This document shows positions 59,900 to 64,000 of a DNA stretch of 64,000 bases, in pieces. This stretch comes from Raillietiella orientalis (Eukaryota). The notes under the pieces were generated by a model, which worked only from the letters and a program-made list of their open reading frames with translations, made no database searches and had not been told where the DNA came from. Position numbers and translations under genes: made by a program. Within the stretch, counting starts at the first letter, position 1, and each line of letters begins with the position of its first letter. The stretch is from the NCBI GenBank assembly GCA_036172245.1, contig JAYWIR010000050.1, forward strand, positions 620,001 through 684,000, read 5' to 3'.

Positions 59900-60600
59900 G
59901 AGCCTCCCTGGAGCCGTGCGGCTGAGGCCTCCGCCCGTGGTGACAAGCGTCGCGGGTTCGAATCCCGCCCGGGCAAAGGTCGACGCCGAAAGATGGAGGT
60001 GCGTCGCTGGTTCGCGTTCCCCCCGCGAGATGACGCTCGTCGGCCTCTATTACGGTGCGGCACTGGTGGAAGTTGCTGAAAACCGGATGCTGCCGATGAG
60101 TGGCCGGGATTGGGAAGCGTCCCTTCGGGGTCCTTCCAGGAAACCGAACCAAGGAGTCCTTTCGGGGTTCCCCTCCAGCTCTGCAAAGGAGCCGTCCCTA
60201 CCCCCTCGTGGATGGACCCTCCGTCTCGTGCCATGGAGCTGGTGGATAGATGACACCTCTCCAGAGTGCAGAGAAGCGCGCTGCTCCCTTCAGGGAGCAC
60301 ACTCTTTAAAGAAATTGGGGAGCTTCCCTTCGGGATCCTTTTAGAGGAGTGAACAGGAGCGGTTCCCTTGCGGGTTTCCTCCGGAGAAAACAAGGAAGAG
60401 GTAATTCCCTTTAGATTCCCCTCCCAAGCGTGAGAGGAACGGACTCCTTTTTCCGGAGCCCTTCCTGGATTCAAGGGGTGGTCCCCTCCCGGGGTATCCC
60501 CTAGCTTGAAGAGTTATTACACTCACCTTCGAGGGTGGACGCGGAAACAGCGCAGGATCGCCCGTGTAGTGTGGCACGGGTAACCCTGCGCGCCGAGATT
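59900..60600 (+). mobile_element. tRNA-derived SINE, copy A
   Basis: B-box GGTTCGAATCC at 59955-59965. Shares GCGTCGCGGGTTCGAAT exactly with copy B and is collinear with the reverse complement of 11730-12550. Confidence 0.75.
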
Positions 60601-62609
60601 TCGCTCTCGTTTCTGAGAGGGAAGGCGATTTTTTTCTTTTTCCTTTACCCTGAGGGCACCTTCACGTCCAAATCTCGCAACCCGCCGTCGGGCCCCCATG
60701 CTAAGCAAGGGAGCACCCCGAGCCCCTCTCGAAGCCTCCTGCAGTTCCACTGCTTGGCAGTCCGATCTGTGGGGTTCGTCCCTTTTTTTCCTTTTTTCCT
60801 TGCCTTGCTTTCGCAGCTTCCGCGTCCTCCACTTCACCCGTCCGTCCGTGCGTTTCCCTCCTGCTGCCCACGTCGCCTCCCTTGATTATCCCGTCACTTC
60901 TTCCGCGTTCCACTTAAATCGAGCGCTTGCGGCTTGAACGACAAGCTCCATTCCCGTGTCTTTCCCGCCTGTGGTGGTGTGCGATCCGCGCTGCATTTCT
61001 TCTGCCCCCGATACTTACCCGGCCCTAATTGGACCCGATGGCTTCCTCCCGGCTGGTCCTGCAGCTCTTGTTTGTTCGTGGGCGTCATGGGTTACCGGCG
61101 ACGGTGGATGAAGAAGAATGCGAGCGCGGGGGCCGGAGGTATCGGGGGAGGAATGAAGGAAAGATCGGCACGAGACGGAAGAGGTTGGTTAGGAAAGCAG
61201 GGGGAGGTCTGGGACGCGTTTAAGGGCATGCGGATTTTCGTAAGTAAACAGAGGAGAGGCAGGGTGCCCTCCCTCCGGTTGGAGCGGCAGAAAGGAAGAA
61301 GGAAAGAAAAGGAATCTGGAAGCAAGCGGGAGAAGGAAGGAATTTGTGGGTGCTTATCTCCAAGGGCAGCGAAGGAGCGAAAGAGATTCGTGCTTATTGG
61401 ATTAACGCAACAGCACTATGGGGGAAATAAAATGCAGTTTCCGCTTCGCCAGGACAACTGCTTTATTTCAGCTCTCGAGCTCCACCTCGGATCTCGTCGC
61501 GAGGGAATCCTCGGTTCGTTTAATTTCGCCGGATGAGAGTAGCCATAGGGATTAATGGCGGTTGATGTTCTGCGTCGGGTTTACGGAGGGCCTTGCTTTC
61601 AGCACGTGCTCCATCTTCCAGCTGCACCCACGTTGAAGCATCCATTGTGCTGTGGCGCCGGGAACAGTCCCTCAGACTCTTCTCTGATGCGCCCAAGTTC
61701 TCTTGGATGTTCATGCAGTTGGCGCCATCTCCCTATTCCCGAAGTGCTTCCATTTTCTTTCTTGTGTGTGTTTTTTTTTCAAAGAAAAATCGCATGTGAT
61801 TTTGCCATCGATCATCCCCTGCGCTGAGCGCCTCTGGAACATTGGGAACGAGAGCTGCCTGGCTGTTCTCGGCAAAGGGATAACTGCCCTGGCAGCCAGC
61901 TCCTTGATTTTCCCGGCAAGCCCCGTTCTAATCCAAGCCCCGTTCCTCCTTTCGGCATTCGCGCACTTTTCCGGATTTCGGAAAAACCATCCTTCCCGCC
62001 AAAATGAACCGCACGTCGTGTAAACACAGCGGCGTTCCGCCGACCACGGGGGGAACAAAGTTGCCGTCATTTTCTACATTTATTCATTTATTTATTCTCC
62101 TATGGGAATTCCACCAACCATTCCTGCCAAAAGTTCGCGATCGATTCCCACAATAATCCATCTCGACTTTATAGGGATGACGATGGAGACTTCTTAAACA
62201 CTGAATGGCGTTTCAAATTTCCGCTCTTCTCGTAGCAAAGATTCGCGGTCCTCATTTGGTTTCAGAGCCACCTGGACTTGGGCGTGGCTACCACAAAAGC
62301 ACGAAGCCTCTTCCCACCCACCCCTTTATCTCTGAACCTCTGAATTTTCTCACACCTCAGTGTCTTCGTTAGGCGGGAGGCAAATTCTTGGAGATCCTCA
62401 GTCGTTTTCTGAGCAGCCCCCAAGGTCTCTGCTCGCACGAGATTTGCCATCCCTCTTGGAACGCAACCATTCGTCTTCCCTCGCATCTCTTCCGCGGCTC
62501 CACCCCCACGCGAGCTCTCTCTCCGGGGAGAATCTCGGAAGCATTTCCCCCCTCCCCCTTTCTCGCCTCTTTATTTTTCGTCTTTTACCATCTTCCAGAA
62601 GCCGTGCGA

Positions 62610-63150
62610 ATTCGCCGCAGATCACCCCTCTGGAGAGTTCCATGTTGGACTGCAGCGCCCTGGAGGACTTGTGGCGGCGACCCGCTTTGGCGCTCCTCAG
62701 ACAACCGCAGGACACCGCTTTGGACTTGCTGCGACGCCTCTTCGCCGGAGGCTGGCTGAAAAAGGGTGCTGAGATGATCTCAATGAGACGTTGCATGACA
62801 GCAGCCACTTGTTGGAGTCAGGTTCGCGGCGAAGAGAGGCCACCAGCATGGCAGAAGATCCCCATGAGGACAGCAGCAAGGTGGCCAGACGAAGTGGCCA
62901 GGGAGATCGCCACCGTCAAGAGTCGCTTCTGGAACGTTGAACCAAAGACCCCTATCCCAACCCTCCTTCCTGCCTTTTTTAATGTATCCATTGTCCGCTC
63001 CCTCGGTTCCCTACTTTTTGGAAGCCCAAAGTTCTGCGTGCCAGTGGTGAACCTCAAAGAACGTCTTTTTTGTGCGTTTTGGCATTTCTTGTTTCTGAGA
63101 GATACCCTTCCTTCCCTCTTCCTTGTGGTTTGTTTTTTTTTGAAATAAAC
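62610..63150 (+). mobile_element. Tx1/L1-like 3' fragment, copy 4
   Basis: MLDCSALEDLWRRP...ALDLLRRLF...RTAARWP, then a C-rich motif (GACCCCTATCCCAACCCTCC) and T-rich tract as in copies 1 and 2. Confidence 0.7.
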
Positions 63151-64000
63151 GTCTCGGCGTAACCGGGTTCCAATCCCTCTAGAGATTCCGGTCATTCCAC
63201 GCGATCATTGCGGATTTCGGGGACCGACGCGAACTCTCGCTGTTGCTCGCTCGAGGCGAAGATGAACCGTGTCACAGTTATCGATCTTCTCGGAAGCTGC
63301 CAACCTTGGAGAGCGGGCGTGCATCGGTAAGCTGGCAGAAAGGAATTCGCAGCCAAGAAGTACTGTCGAGCTGTTCGCTGACCGAGGGTTCCGACCTGGC
63401 TACACTGCAGTCCCGTCAATGCCACCTCCGCCCCTGCCGCGAACAGGGCAGCGCCGGGTCGCGGGGGGAGCAGGGACCGGGGGGTAAGTGGGGTGGGTGG
63501 GGGGGAAACGTCTCTGCTCGTTTTCGATCCGCCCGTAGCGGGAGGAGGCTCTGCTGGCTTCGCCTCCGTTTCACGATTTTCCGTTGCCGGGCCCGACTCT
63601 TCCACGTCATCCCCGTGTCTTCGCTTGGATGACGGTGCTGCCAGGCTGCTGACCAGTCTGCCTCGTCGCGGTTGCCGTTTCGCAGAGTGACGTGCTCCAT
63701 CTTCCCATTCGCTTCGAATGATCCTCTGCTACAGCAGCGGCTGCTCAGCTGTCGCAACCCCAAGGACTGCTGGCCGCGCTAGCACGGTAGTGACATGAGG
63801 ACGCTGATGGTTCCGAGGACCAGATTTTTCTCCTAGATGAGTTTTCAGGATGCTCGCGGAACCGGCTCGAAGTGGACTCGTGGCGCAGAGGTTCCGGCAT
63901 CTCCAGCAAAAGTGCCGATCCATCCCGGTGGATGCGGCAGAAGATGGAAACAGACATTTGCACAAGCCGATGGATGCACTCACCGCCGGTGCCGCGAAAT

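Noticed and set aside
59902..59975. Functional tRNA gene (also 12475-12550, minus)
   Set aside because: A B-box is present but the acceptor and anticodon stems do not pair, and both continue into a shared repeat body, so they are SINE heads.

Overview
Eukaryotic genomic DNA from an invertebrate animal, probably a protostome; the organism cannot be named from the sequence. Seven intact intron-containing genes can be rebuilt by hand: a PNLDC1/Trimmer-like CAF1-family exonuclease (-), a class I phosphatidylinositol transfer protein (-), HIRA (-), phosphatidylserine decarboxylase (-), ARF6 (+), COG5 (-) and the proteasome ATPase PSMC5/Rpt6 (+). Most internal introns are only about 38-50 nt, while 5' introns reach about 1-2.7 kb. 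Gene bodies are AT-rich and CpG-poor; the blocks between them are GC/CpG-rich and full of decayed retroelements (Tx1/L1-like, RTE-like, CR1/L2-like, Penelope-like) and two copies of a long tRNA-headed SINE. Most notable: an operon-like PITP-to-Trimmer junction (poly(A) signal, then an orphan splice acceptor about 85 nt later), a U12-type GT-AG intron in ARF6, a 19-bp minisatellite apparently born by fold-back at a LINE 5' junction, several long perfect hairpins, and a compositional switch inside PSMC5. No CRISPR array or prokaryotic system is present. Family assignments come from recalled motifs, not database searches, and repeat boundaries are approximate.
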